Part shown: one piece after another, positions 28,835 to 38,352 of the stretch
Numbering within the stretch: the stretch's first letter is position 1
How the letters are laid out: each line of letters starts with the position of its first letter
DNA from: Promethearchaeota archaeon
GTDB taxonomy: Archaea; Asgardarchaeota; Lokiarchaeia; Sigyniarchaeales; SOKP01
Direction of reading: 5' to 3'
NCBI GenBank assembly: GCA_016839555.1
Contig: JAEOUA010000007.1
Location: 160,001 to 224,000, forward strand
DNA length: 64,000 nucleotides
Made by a program: the position numbers and the translations under genes
The notes under the pieces: generated by a model
Told to the model about the DNA's origin: nothing
Databases searched by the model: none
What the model saw: only the letters and a program-made list of their open reading frames with translations

Positions 28835-30568
28835 ATGAATCAAATGACCACACGTCTCGTAGAAGAAAATGAATTGCGGAAAAAAGTATGGAGAATCATA
28901 AATTTAATTCAAGCAAACCAATTATTTGTGCACTCAAAGAATTTAGAAATTCAAATCAATGATAAGGAAGGTAAAACCCAAAAAAGAAATCTACCGGAAA
29001 TATTAACTTTATGTGTATTAAATGCAATAATACCTAATTCTGCCATCTTATTAAAGGGAGGGCACGGTGGAGGGAAAACGACTTTGATCAAGTTGCTTGG
29101 TCGTATGTTTACGTCAAAATCTCTTAATCACATTGAGGAATCTATAGTCCGAGGTCATCCACAGATTACTGAGGAAAAGCTTGTGGGGACGCTTAAGTTA
29201 GGGAAATTAATGAAAGAAGGAAAAGAAATTGTAGTTTGGAAAAAATTCACGAAAAGTTTTTGGAAAATAATTGATGAAGTAAATAGATTAACACCCTATG
29301 CTCAAGATATTTTATTATCACTTCTCGCTGAAGGCACAGTAAAATTTTATGATTCTATTTTTACTATTAATAAATTCTCATTGTTCGCAACTATAAATCC
29401 TCACGATGTAGGAACTTTTGAACTTTCCAAACCTTTTTTAGATAGATTTGGTATTTCAGTACCTATATCTATGCCTAGTAGTCGGGATTTACAACTCATT
29501 TTAGCAGGAAAAGATGAGAAATATTCGGGCTATGATGAACTTATTCAAGTTCCTGGAATTTTAGTGATTGATGAATTAATGGAAATATGGTATTATGTCA
29601 ATAAAATTAAAATTGACCAAGAAGCGAATAATTATATTCATGCAATTGTTAGAGAATTTACCCTATGCGATCGCATTGATAAAGGTAACACTGAAGATCT
29701 AAAACCCAGTACAGGTTTATGTTCAGGATGTCATTTTAATACAACTCAAAATGTATGCAATAAAATAGATTCTATCCTAAGTGTAAGAGTGGCGAAAGAT
29801 CTATTACGATATGCAAAAGCTTTAGCGTGGCTATTAGGACTTGAAATAATTGATATTAATATTATAAATACCATTGCTCCTTATGTAATTGCCCATAGAG
29901 TTGAATATTCGCAACGAGAATTAGAAAAAGCGCCCTATTGGGGTAATAAATACGAGTTTTCAAAAAATTTATTATCAAATATTAAAAATAGATTTATGAA
30001 ACGAAAGCAATGTTATGAAATTGCTCAAAAATTTAGAGATGGTATTCAAAACAAAGAAGATATAACTGAATTGAAGAATTTTCTAAAAAATGATTTAATC
30101 GTAAAATATGATTTATATCCTTTTATCCAAGCTATTAAAGGGAAAAAATATGCAGAATTGGCGCAGGAAATACAAGATGCCTCTAAAAAAGGACATATTT
30201 CTCAATTAGCAGAAATAAGAAATCAATTATTAGCAAATTTAGAATTCCCAAATCGTGCGGATTTAATTAATTGGTGCAATCGTGAACTCTATCGACAAAC
30301 TGTTACGGATTATGTGTTTAAATATTATTACTGGAAAGAAGTATGGGCTGATATAGCATCGGAATTTCCTAATTTAGATGAACCTTTAAAAGTAGCTCTT
30401 AGCCAGAGACAGACAAAACAAATACGTTCGGAAGACCTTTTGATAGAAATAAATGTAACAGGCACTAAGGATGAGAGTCTTGTTAATATGCAGATATCTG
30501 GTGGGTCTGATGCATTGAAATTAAAAAAAATCTTAAATAATTCAGAATATTTAAAAAAAGATGATTAA
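28835..30568 (+). CDS. MoxR-like AAA+ ATPase
   Basis: GGHGGGKT, IIDEVNR, FATINP, FLDRF, SVR; Cys-rich insert. Confidence 0.85.
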   Translation: MNQMTTRLVEENELRKKVWRIINLIQANQLFVHSKNLEIQINDKEGKTQKRNLPEILTLCVLNAIIPNSAILLKGGHGGGKTTLIKLLGRMFTSKSLNHIEESIVRGHPQITEEKLVGTLKLGKLMKEGKEIVVWKKFTKSFWKIIDEVNRLTPYAQDILLSLLAEGTVKFYDSIFTINKFSLFATINPHDVGTFELSKPFLDRFGISVPISMPSSRDLQLILAGKDEKYSGYDELIQVPGILVIDELMEIWYYVNKIKIDQEANNYIHAIVREFTLCDRIDKGNTEDLKPSTGLCSGCHFNTTQNVCNKIDSILSVRVAKDLLRYAKALAWLLGLEIIDINIINTIAPYVIAHRVEYSQRELEKAPYWGNKYEFSKNLLSNIKNRFMKRKQCYEIAQKFRDGIQNKEDITELKNFLKNDLIVKYDLYPFIQAIKGKKYAELAQEIQDASKKGHISQLAEIRNQLLANLEFPNRADLINWCNRELYRQTVTDYVFKYYYWKEVWADIASEFPNLDEPLKVALSQRQTKQIRSEDLLIEINVTGTKDESLVNMQISGGSDALKLKKILNNSEYLKKDD

Positions 30569-30620
30569 AACAAAATATTAAATTACATAAAAGAAAGAAA
30601 AATATAAAATTACATAAAAA

Positions 30621-32324
30621 GTGACAACAAATAGCCAAAAAGATTATATTAAAGAACAAGAAGGTAAATTAATTCAATTAGCAAAAAAAGGATGGAATAA
30701 TAGTTTAAGAGAATTTTATTATCCTCCTCTTAATGAACCTAATTTTATTTTCGATTATATCCGTCAAGAAGGATTTTATATAGATCCTCATAAAAAGTGG
30801 CAAATTACAATGAATCTAGTAAACACCCCACTTTTTTCAGACGATGAAGATTATATAAAATATTATCATTCTATCACTTTGCATGAAATCTCTCATTATC
30901 AAATAATTCCCTATGATGGATATATTAATGCTAAGCTCTTAAAAGCAGCTATGAGATATGTAAATCAATACTTTGCTCCAATCATAGTTAATATTTTTGC
31001 AGATCTTGTAATTGATCGGATGCTTTTTCTCAAGCATCCTGATCTTGTATCTTGGGAGCTCAAAGAGACTTATAAGCATATTAAAAATAAGAATACATTA
31101 TCTGAATTTTCAAACCTTCTTTTTTCGCTTTATGAAAAAGTGTTAGATATTACAATTTTTGAAGAAAAGCCCTCAAATATTGATAATTATTTAGTATCTC
31201 AAATTTCTAAAACAATTTTAAAGGATTTCTATGATGAAACTCAGTGGGAGCAAAAGGTACAAAAGATTGCATATTATTTAATTAACATGATTAAAGACAC
31301 ATTCACTCTTATAGGAATTGGCGTTAAATGTAAGGAAGGAACTTCAAAGAGAAAAGCCCCTGGAAAAGGAGATCATTATATCAAAATACCAGATGACATT
31401 TTAGAGCTCATGGATAATCCTTTAGAAAATAAAAATACTGATAAATTAGAGAAAGATAATGATGATACATTGAGACAAAAATCGGAAGAATTTGCAAAAG
31501 ATACGGATTATTCAGAATTTGGAGCCCCTGCAGGACAAGCGGGAATATTAATAGATGCAAACCCTTTAGCTGCATGGTATAGGGGAAAAGCAAAAGATTT
31601 AATTCAAATCAAAATATTTGAAAAGAAACCTGGAGGTGAAGTTCCCATTTATCCAGAAGTATGGAGAATTGGAGATCCCATAGAAGAATTGGACATCGTA
31701 CAAACTTTAATTAGTAGTCCTATAGTTGTTCCTAATATTACTACTAGAAAATGGAAATATCAATTAGGAGAAGGGCATTTGGAAGAACAACAAATCCCAG
31801 ATCTTTTAATAGTACTTGATTCGAGCGGTTCTATGGGATGGAATTATTTAGCAGCTTCAGAAGATTCACGAGGTCCCTACCATACTGCCTTAATAGCTGC
31901 ATTTGCTTCCTTACACTTTGCTGCCAAAAAAGGCGTGAAATTTAGTATAATTAATTTTTCTGATAAAGCTGATGTGTGTCAATGGACTTATGATTATGAA
32001 ACTGCAGAAAAAATATTACTCCGCTATCAAGGAGGGGGTACACAATTGCCAATTAAAGCAATTAAACAACAATGTGAAAAAGCTGAAAAAAAGACACTCG
32101 TATTTATTATCACTGACTTTGGAATCTATAATTGGGGCGGTGCGAAAAAAATAATGATGGAATTGAGTGAAAAAGGGCACAAAATTGTAGGGTTCTTTAT
32201 AGGATCCAATAAAATTCCTAAAAGGAAGTTTAGTGAATTATTATCTAAGGTTACTTTTTATCCAATTAAAAATTGGCAAGATTTAATAAATCTAGTTATA
32301 AAAGAAATAAAAAAATATTATTAG
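30621..32324 (+). CDS. vWA-domain protein with N-terminal HExxH metallopeptidase-like domain
   Basis: HEISH ... NIFAD; MIDAS motif LDSSGSM, GGT, ITD. Confidence 0.85.
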   Translation: MTTNSQKDYIKEQEGKLIQLAKKGWNNSLREFYYPPLNEPNFIFDYIRQEGFYIDPHKKWQITMNLVNTPLFSDDEDYIKYYHSITLHEISHYQIIPYDGYINAKLLKAAMRYVNQYFAPIIVNIFADLVIDRMLFLKHPDLVSWELKETYKHIKNKNTLSEFSNLLFSLYEKVLDITIFEEKPSNIDNYLVSQISKTILKDFYDETQWEQKVQKIAYYLINMIKDTFTLIGIGVKCKEGTSKRKAPGKGDHYIKIPDDILELMDNPLENKNTDKLEKDNDDTLRQKSEEFAKDTDYSEFGAPAGQAGILIDANPLAAWYRGKAKDLIQIKIFEKKPGGEVPIYPEVWRIGDPIEELDIVQTLISSPIVVPNITTRKWKYQLGEGHLEEQQIPDLLIVLDSSGSMGWNYLAASEDSRGPYHTALIAAFASLHFAAKKGVKFSIINFSDKADVCQWTYDYETAEKILLRYQGGGTQLPIKAIKQQCEKAEKKTLVFIITDFGIYNWGGAKKIMMELSEKGHKIVGFFIGSNKIPKRKFSELLSKVTFYPIKNWQDLINLVIKEIKKYY

Positions 32325-32402
32325 ATACCTTTTTTGCTAATCTATATCAAGTTTATCAGTTGTTTTTTACCTTTCTTCAAAAATAGATTTAAGAAAAAAG
32401 AG

Positions 32403-32560
32403 TAGAAAATAGGTGTCCTCACCTTACAACCATAACTTAAAGGGAGAAGTAAAGAAGATTTCTACTTTATATACATAAAGTAGATCACCAAAAGACAAAA
32501 ATCCAGGGATTAAAGTGGGAAAAACCTATCTCCTTAAACAGTCCTATTATGAACTGTTAA
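32403..32560 (-). ncRNA. Candidate structured non-coding RNA (~160 nt)
   Basis: TATA box about 25 nt upstream; 5' hairpin; long end-to-end stem with G-U pairs; internal 10-bp perfect hairpin; U-rich 3' flank; no ORF. Confidence 0.45.
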
Positions 32561-32579
32561 TAAATAGTAGTTTTTAAAC

Positions 32580-32593
32580 TATTTAAAAGTTTT
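32580..32593 (-). promoter_or_regulatory. TATA box (TTTAAATA) with purine-rich BRE-like upstream run
   Basis: Minus strand reads AAAACTTTTAAATA, centred about 26 nt before the 5' hairpin of the candidate ncRNA. Confidence 0.35.
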
Positions 32594-32896
32594 GATTTTA
32601 TATACACAAATTTTAAATAGAAAGATCTAATTCCCTTTCTAATTAAAATGGCAAATATGATTATTAAGTGAATTAATTTAAGACTCAACTCTTCGTTTTA
32701 AACTCTTAAAAAATTGTTTTCAAAAACGAATTAATTTTTTTGTACCAAGAAAGAATTATAAAACCGTATGTTTATTTAGAAGATTACAATAGTCTTGACA
32801 TAAATGAAATCAAAAAGTGTAACAAAAAGATAATTTTTTAATAAGCCATAAGATTATTGCAATACAAATAAATTTTCTATTTTTCAGTGAATTTGA

Positions 32897-33547
32897 ATGA
32901 ATGAAAAAGATGTGATAAATAAATTACAAGAGAGTATAATTGATGGTTCTATTGAAGATTCTATTAAGTATGTAGAACTTGCTATTGATATGAATATGGA
33001 TGCGACAATTATCTTAAAGGAAGCAATTATTAAAGGAGCAGATGAGGTTGGAAAAATGTATGAAAATGAGAAATACTTTCTTGCAGATTTAATCCTCGTC
33101 GGAGATGCAATAAATGAATGTATGAATCTTATAAAACCACTTCTTAAAGCAAAAAATGAAGAATCATTAGGCACGATAATGATTGGTACGCCTGAGGGTG
33201 ATATTCATAGCATTGGTAAAAGTTTAATAATATCATTATTACAAGGTCAGGGCTTTAATGTAATTGACTTAGGTGTAGACATTCCTCCTTCTAAGTTTGT
33301 AGAAGAAGCAAAAAATATTAACCCAGATATTATTGCTATGAGTAGTTTAATGACAGTAACAATCTCAAAAATGAGAGAAACAGTTATGCAAATTAAGAAT
33401 GCAGGTATTAATTCTAAAATAATATTAGGAGGAGGCATTGTATCCGAAGAAACTTGTAAAAGCATAGGGGCCGATGCCTGGGCAAAAGACGGATGGGAGG
33501 GAATAAGAATTATAAAAAATATGTTATATACAAATGGAGATGATTAA
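32897..33547 (+). CDS. Corrinoid (B12-binding) protein, MtaC/MtbC-like
   Basis: Helical cap domain, then GDIHSIGK (DxHxxG), DLGVD, SSLMT, LGGG. Confidence 0.92.
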   Translation: MNEKDVINKLQESIIDGSIEDSIKYVELAIDMNMDATIILKEAIIKGADEVGKMYENEKYFLADLILVGDAINECMNLIKPLLKAKNEESLGTIMIGTPEGDIHSIGKSLIISLLQGQGFNVIDLGVDIPPSKFVEEAKNINPDIIAMSSLMTVTISKMRETVMQIKNAGINSKIILGGGIVSEETCKSIGADAWAKDGWEGIRIIKNMLYTNGDD

Positions 33548-34637
33548 AATGCCACATAATTGGAATGCATCTGTTAGGAGAGTTATGAAGGCAATATCTG
33601 GATCTAAGCGAATTGATAAGGTTCCTTATCTTCCCTTAGCCGGTGAAGATACACTTGCTCGTATCTCAGGCAAAACAGTGAGAGAATTATTAGATTCACC
33701 TGAACTCTATGCGAAAGCAGCAATAGATTCCTATGAATTTCTTCAATCAGATTTTGTATCCATACCAACAGCATATACAGGACCTGCTGAGGCATTAGCT
33801 TTTGCCGAGTTTAATAGTAAAGCAGATGCAATAGAGTGGTATGATTATAAAATTTTTATGTTACAACAGGGTGAAGTTTGTAAAACTAAAAGTGATATTG
33901 AGAATTTAATAATACCCGATCATAGTAAGTCTAAACTCTGGGTTAACCTATTTGAAGCAGCAAAAATTATTCAACAAGAAATTAACTATCCTCAAAATTG
34001 CATATTAGGTTTATGGGGGGTCGTTCAAGAATTAAGAGGTATTCAGGCTTATAGAGATATGAGAAGAGATCCTGAGTTATTATTGAAATTATGTGAAAAA
34101 ATATATGAGTCTTTATTAGATTTATACTATTATTCGGTTGATATATTAGGAAAACCCAATTTTATAACAATCGTAGGATATGCATTTAATAAGCATATGA
34201 TGAGTTTCGAGGATGCAATGAAATATGAAGGAGATTTTATAAAACGACTGCAAAAGGAAATTAAGATTCCTTTAATATTACATAATTGTGGCACTACTCC
34301 TTATTTTGAAGAAATATGTAATGAAATTGATTTTATAGGTGTAAATGGTTCTCATCCATTGGACATTCAATATTGGATAGAATTTCAGAAAAAATTTCCA
34401 AAGGTTGCTATATTAGGTGCTAATATTGATGTAAGTCGCGAACTATTTTATGGTACACCTCAAGATGTAGAAGAAAAGGTAAAAGAAAATATCTTAAATT
34501 TAGCTCCTAATGGGAGATATATTTGTTCACCAGTATGTAGTATACCTTGGGGTGTCTCATTGCTAAATATGATGGCAATTCCTAGAGGAATAAATAAATA
34601 CGGAAAAGAGCCATTTAAACTTAAAAAAAATGAGTAA
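33534..34637 (+). CDS. Uroporphyrinogen decarboxylase-family methyltransferase (MtaA/CmuA-like)
   Basis: ILHNCG and SPVC zinc-ligand motifs; GANID...L.YGTPQDV; coupled to the corrinoid gene (start may be ATG 33549). Confidence 0.82.
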   Translation: MEMIKMPHNWNASVRRVMKAISGSKRIDKVPYLPLAGEDTLARISGKTVRELLDSPELYAKAAIDSYEFLQSDFVSIPTAYTGPAEALAFAEFNSKADAIEWYDYKIFMLQQGEVCKTKSDIENLIIPDHSKSKLWVNLFEAAKIIQQEINYPQNCILGLWGVVQELRGIQAYRDMRRDPELLLKLCEKIYESLLDLYYYSVDILGKPNFITIVGYAFNKHMMSFEDAMKYEGDFIKRLQKEIKIPLILHNCGTTPYFEEICNEIDFIGVNGSHPLDIQYWIEFQKKFPKVAILGANIDVSRELFYGTPQDVEEKVKENILNLAPNGRYICSPVCSIPWGVSLLNMMAIPRGINKYGKEPFKLKKNE

Positions 34638-34727
34638 TAATAATTATTTTTTGCGTAAAAATCCTAACTAAAAAAATTTAACTCAATCTTCAATTGAAAT
34701 GACATATATGGTTAATAATAAATTAGT

Positions 34728-35003
34728 TTAATACTCATATCTTTCATTTAAATTTTTAAGAAATTGTTTAATAAAATATCGTTGGCTCTCGCAATAATTC
34801 CACTTCTCTTTATCATTTAAATTATCGCAATTTTCTATAATATTTTGTATATCTTCAATTATTTTAAAAATTTCTTTGGCTTGAGTTTTGGATTTGGTAC
34901 TTTCAATGCAAGTTAAAGCGAATTCTTCATCTAAGAGCTTTTGAATATCTATAGAACTATTATCATTTGGAATTTGTGATTTAGATTTTGTTTGAGGATA
35001 CAT
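34728..35003 (-). CDS. Hypothetical protein
   Basis: Isolated 91-aa ORF with ATG start. Confidence 0.5.
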   Translation of the reverse strand: MYPQTKSKSQIPNDNSSIDIQKLLDEEFALTCIESTKSKTQAKEIFKIIEDIQNIIENCDNLNDKEKWNYCESQRYFIKQFLKNLNERYEY

Positions 35004-35240
35004 TTTGAAATTTTTTTCTACACTTGAATGTTATATATACTTTAAGAATATCCAGAATTATATGAGTATATTACAACTAATATTTTTGTAGATATGTAAT
35101 ATCTGGATATATTATTTCTTTATCAAGATCTCCCATAAAGCATTGACAAGATAAAAAAAAGTTTTATGTTGAGCTAAATAATTATATGTAATAATAATTT
35201 CTAAAATAACAACCATCATAAATATAAAATAGTATAATGA

Positions 35241-36008
35241 GTGATAATAATGGGCGAACATAGTATTGTAGGAGTTTCCGCTTCAAAAGTTGTTGCTTTA
35301 ATTGGGGCATTATTTGCGTTTTCGGCAGGACTAAATTTAATGTTTACACCCGATATTGTTTCAATACTCTGTGGAATTGTGATTTTTGTATTAAGTATTA
35401 TTCTTATAATTGCTATAAATGTGTTTGGGGTAAATATTAGAAGAAATATTCCTTATGAATGGTGGTTATTGTTATTAATTGCTTTAGGATTGTTTATTTT
35501 TTATATTATCCTCTATTATCTTCCCTTTATTTCAGTTTTAGATTCAGAAGCAGAGGAGGGGATATTTGATAGGATTCTTAATATATTTTCTTTGTCAGAA
35601 GCGGGTTCAGAAGTACCCATTTTGTTTGATGCGAGAGTAATATTATTATTAAGTATCCTATTGATAATTCTCGGTTGTGTACTTAAAGTATTAGGTGAAA
35701 GAAATACAAAAATATATACATCTTCTAAAATTGTGGTAAGTTTTGGAGCTTGTTGGGCAATCATAGAAGCAATTTTATTAATACTATCCTCTGATATTGT
35801 TAGGATTATAATAGGGATTATCGCTGTAGTATTAGCTATATTGTTGATCTTGAGCATACCTGCAAGTATAAAACTTCCCTATTCTTGGTGGTTTATCTTA
35901 ATTATTGGATTCATTTATTTTGTTCTTTTAGCTCCTTACTTCTCTTATACAATAATTAGCGGTGCCCTAGTATTAGTAGGATTTGTCCTAATTTTAATGG
36001 CATATTAA
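35241..36008 (+). CDS. Membrane protein built from an internal duplication
   Basis: About 8 TM segments; SASKVV...IPYEWW repeated as TSSKIV...LPYSWW. Confidence 0.75.
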   Translation: MIIMGEHSIVGVSASKVVALIGALFAFSAGLNLMFTPDIVSILCGIVIFVLSIILIIAINVFGVNIRRNIPYEWWLLLLIALGLFIFYIILYYLPFISVLDSEAEEGIFDRILNIFSLSEAGSEVPILFDARVILLLSILLIILGCVLKVLGERNTKIYTSSKIVVSFGACWAIIEAILLILSSDIVRIIIGIIAVVLAILLILSIPASIKLPYSWWFILIIGFIYFVLLAPYFSYTIISGALVLVGFVLILMAY

Positions 36009-36147
36009 TTTCTAAAAATTATTTTTTTTCTATTTTTCATTTTTTAAAAGATTCTATCTTACAGAATGAGATTAAATTAGCTTCAAATATAAAAAACTAG
36101 TTTTAAAACTGAAGCTTTTGAAGAAGAAGATCTTTCTAAAAGAAGTT

Positions 36148-37050
36148 TTATGCCTCTGGCAATAAAATTTTATTTATTTCAATCCAGTTTTCCTTTAAAT
36201 TTGGTTCTAAGTTATGTTTTTGCTTTATAGTCGAAGAAATTGATCTACAGATTCTTTTTAATTCAAGAGATTGCAAATAATTAATATTTGGAGCTATAAC
36301 TGAAATCATAAACTGGGTTTGTTTAGAGCGTGTTGATTCATCAATATAAGCGTCAAAATAAATATATGTGTTCATATTTATGTAATCTATTTTCAAAAGG
36401 ACATCTTCTGCATGAGTAATTTGGCTTTGTCCATATATAGGAATCATGGCCTGAAAGAGATGATTTCCTAACTTATCAATTTTAAAGGAATGGATGTCAA
36501 AGGAATTGATTTCACTCTTAGGGTAGCTTTTTATCAATTTAGGTCCATATAAATCATCCCATTTCATTATAAACACTATGATATCACTTGTTTTTGGTTT
36601 TTCTTTAGAAATTCTTTCTATTTCCCTATCTTCTTGAGAAATTTCTTTAATCTTTTGTTCTAATTTATTTTCGTTAGCTTTACGGAATAGCTTTCCTTTA
36701 ATAGTTGCGAGTACATCTTTTTCATTGATTGGTTTTGTAATATAATCATCTGCTCCCAAGATTTTACCTAATCTAATCTCTTTTTGGGAAGATAATCCTG
36801 AAAGAAATATAAAAGGAATATGTTGATAGAAAGGATTTGCCATAACTATTTTTAATAACTCGTATCCATTAATTTGAGGCATTTTTATATCAGAAATTAT
36901 TAAATCAAAGGGTATATTTTCATTAAGAAGCTCTAAGGCTTTTTTACCATTTATAGTTGTTTTAACTTTATAACCTTTAGACTCTAATAAAGCTTTAATA
37001 TATGATAAAAAATCTTTATCATCATCAACAATTAATATCTGAGATTTCAC
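36148..37050 (-). CDS. Response regulator: receiver domain fused to a longin/uDENN-like C-terminal domain
   Basis: ILIVDDD, IISDIKMP, FLSG, YITKP (intact REC). The C-terminal domain starts IIVFIMKWDDLYGPKLIKSYP. Confidence 0.85.
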   Translation of the reverse strand: MKSQILIVDDDKDFLSYIKALLESKGYKVKTTINGKKALELLNENIPFDLIISDIKMPQINGYELLKIVMANPFYQHIPFIFLSGLSSQKEIRLGKILGADDYITKPINEKDVLATIKGKLFRKANENKLEQKIKEISQEDREIERISKEKPKTSDIIVFIMKWDDLYGPKLIKSYPKSEINSFDIHSFKIDKLGNHLFQAMIPIYGQSQITHAEDVLLKIDYINMNTYIYFDAYIDESTRSKQTQFMISVIAPNINYLQSLELKRICRSISSTIKQKHNLEPNLKENWIEINKILLPEA

Positions 37051-37261
37051 GATTTAATTACAATGGCTTTGATTTTCATATATTTTGACAAATAATTATA
37101 TAGTCTTGTTCATATAAAAATATTATTAATTTCTAAAAAGATATTATTAACTTTAAGATTAGAAAATGGAAAAAAAGGTTCTTAATTCCTAAAAAAACAA
37201 AAAAATATAATTTATAAAGACTATTTGCCTTAAAATTCTCACTATTTTATTATATTTTAAA

Positions 37262-37414
37262 AATTAAATCGGAGTTTTTTCATAACTTTTATAAATTTTG
37301 CGATTTCATAGAATTTTTTATCATAATACAAGAGATAGGGGCTTTTTGCGATGGTGTAATGAAACAAGAGAGCTGTTTGAACCCAATTGGGCCAATTAAA
37401 TCGGAGTTTTTTCA
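37262..37414. repeat. 21-bp direct repeat pair (AATTAAATCGGAGTTTTTTCA) at 37262-37282 and 37394-37414
   Basis: Exact copies 111 bp apart; the second copy contains the last codons and stop of the GTPase gene. Confidence 0.85.
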
Positions 37415-37932
37415 AAATTGGTATATATGGTGGTTTTAAATAATTCATATTCATTTTTTTCTTGTAATATTTCTCTGATTCTATTTATCAATTCATCGAT
37501 AAGTTCATCTGTGATATCTGGACGCATTTTCTTGAGCTTTGGGTCAAATTTATGTAAAAAAATTGAATAATCAAAATCATGCTTATGATTTCCAACTTTG
37601 TTTGTCACCTTTTTTAAATAATCAAGTGCCTTCTCATACCTCTCAACATCTTGGACATCGATCACATAAATAAGTTTATTACAACCTTTAAAATATTCTG
37701 GAAAATTGACCAGATGCTTATCCCGATATGCCTTTTGGCCTCCAAAATCCCAAATATTAAATTGAGTGTTCTGAAACTCCATATTGACTATTTGATGATT
37801 CTTAGTGGGGCTTAATTTACAATATGACAAAATATTTTGGTCACCCCGTAAACTTAACACTATGGAAGTCTTCCCCGCATTATCTAATCCCATTAATATG
37901 ATTTTTCGTTTTAAATTCTCTTCCATATTCAC
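37396..37932 (-). CDS. Small GTPase, Arf/Rag-like
   Basis: G1 GLDNAGKT, G2 PT, G3 WDFGGQ, G4 HKFD. Confidence 0.92.
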   Translation of the reverse strand: MNMEENLKRKIILMGLDNAGKTSIVLSLRGDQNILSYCKLSPTKNHQIVNMEFQNTQFNIWDFGGQKAYRDKHLVNFPEYFKGCNKLIYVIDVQDVERYEKALDYLKKVTNKVGNHKHDFDYSIFLHKFDPKLKKMRPDITDELIDELINRIREILQEKNEYELFKTTIYTNFEKTPI

Positions 37933-38283
37933 AGATTTCCTTTGTATATGCTGTTACTGATAATAAATATAATAAAACTTTAGATTACAATATTTAAACT
38001 ATTTCAAGTTATTTAAACATGATCTCTAAAATTTATAAAATAAATTGAGTAGTAATTTCTAAATGATTCTTTTGATATACTAAATATTCATCCATGATTG
38101 AGAGCTTTAAAATAAAAAAAAATCCGGTCATTAAATTATTTTAATATGTTTAATATTAATATTGTTGTAAGATTTTAAATAATTAATATTAAATTTTTAT
38201 TGTTTAGAATATTCTAATTGATCTATGCTTAATAACTTTTATTATCTCTTACAGATTATTTTTGTTAATCTATCGACAGACCG

Positions 38284-38299
38284 TCATATTTAAATATGA
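38284..38299. promoter_or_regulatory. Perfect 16-bp palindrome TCATATTTAAATATGA overlapping a TATA box
   Basis: Self-complementary; contains TTTAAATA; lies about 55 nt upstream of the Lrp gene. Confidence 0.4.
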
Positions 38300-38352
38300 T
38301 GATATCATAATATTAAAATAATCCTCGTAAAAAAAATTTGTGAAAATAAAAA

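Noticed and set aside
32330-32896. Cobalamin riboswitch upstream of the corrinoid operon
   Set aside because: No B12-box or conserved core seen; the structure found is on the opposite strand and is reported as an ncRNA candidate.
35048-35110. Imperfect inverted repeat ATATCCAGA...TCTGGATAT between divergent genes
   Set aside because: Short, AT-rich and single-copy; cannot distinguish an operator or hairpin from chance.
37257-37454. 65-aa ORF overlapping the GTPase 3' end
   Set aside because: Spans the direct-repeat scar, overlaps the GTPase out of frame and has no recognisable features.
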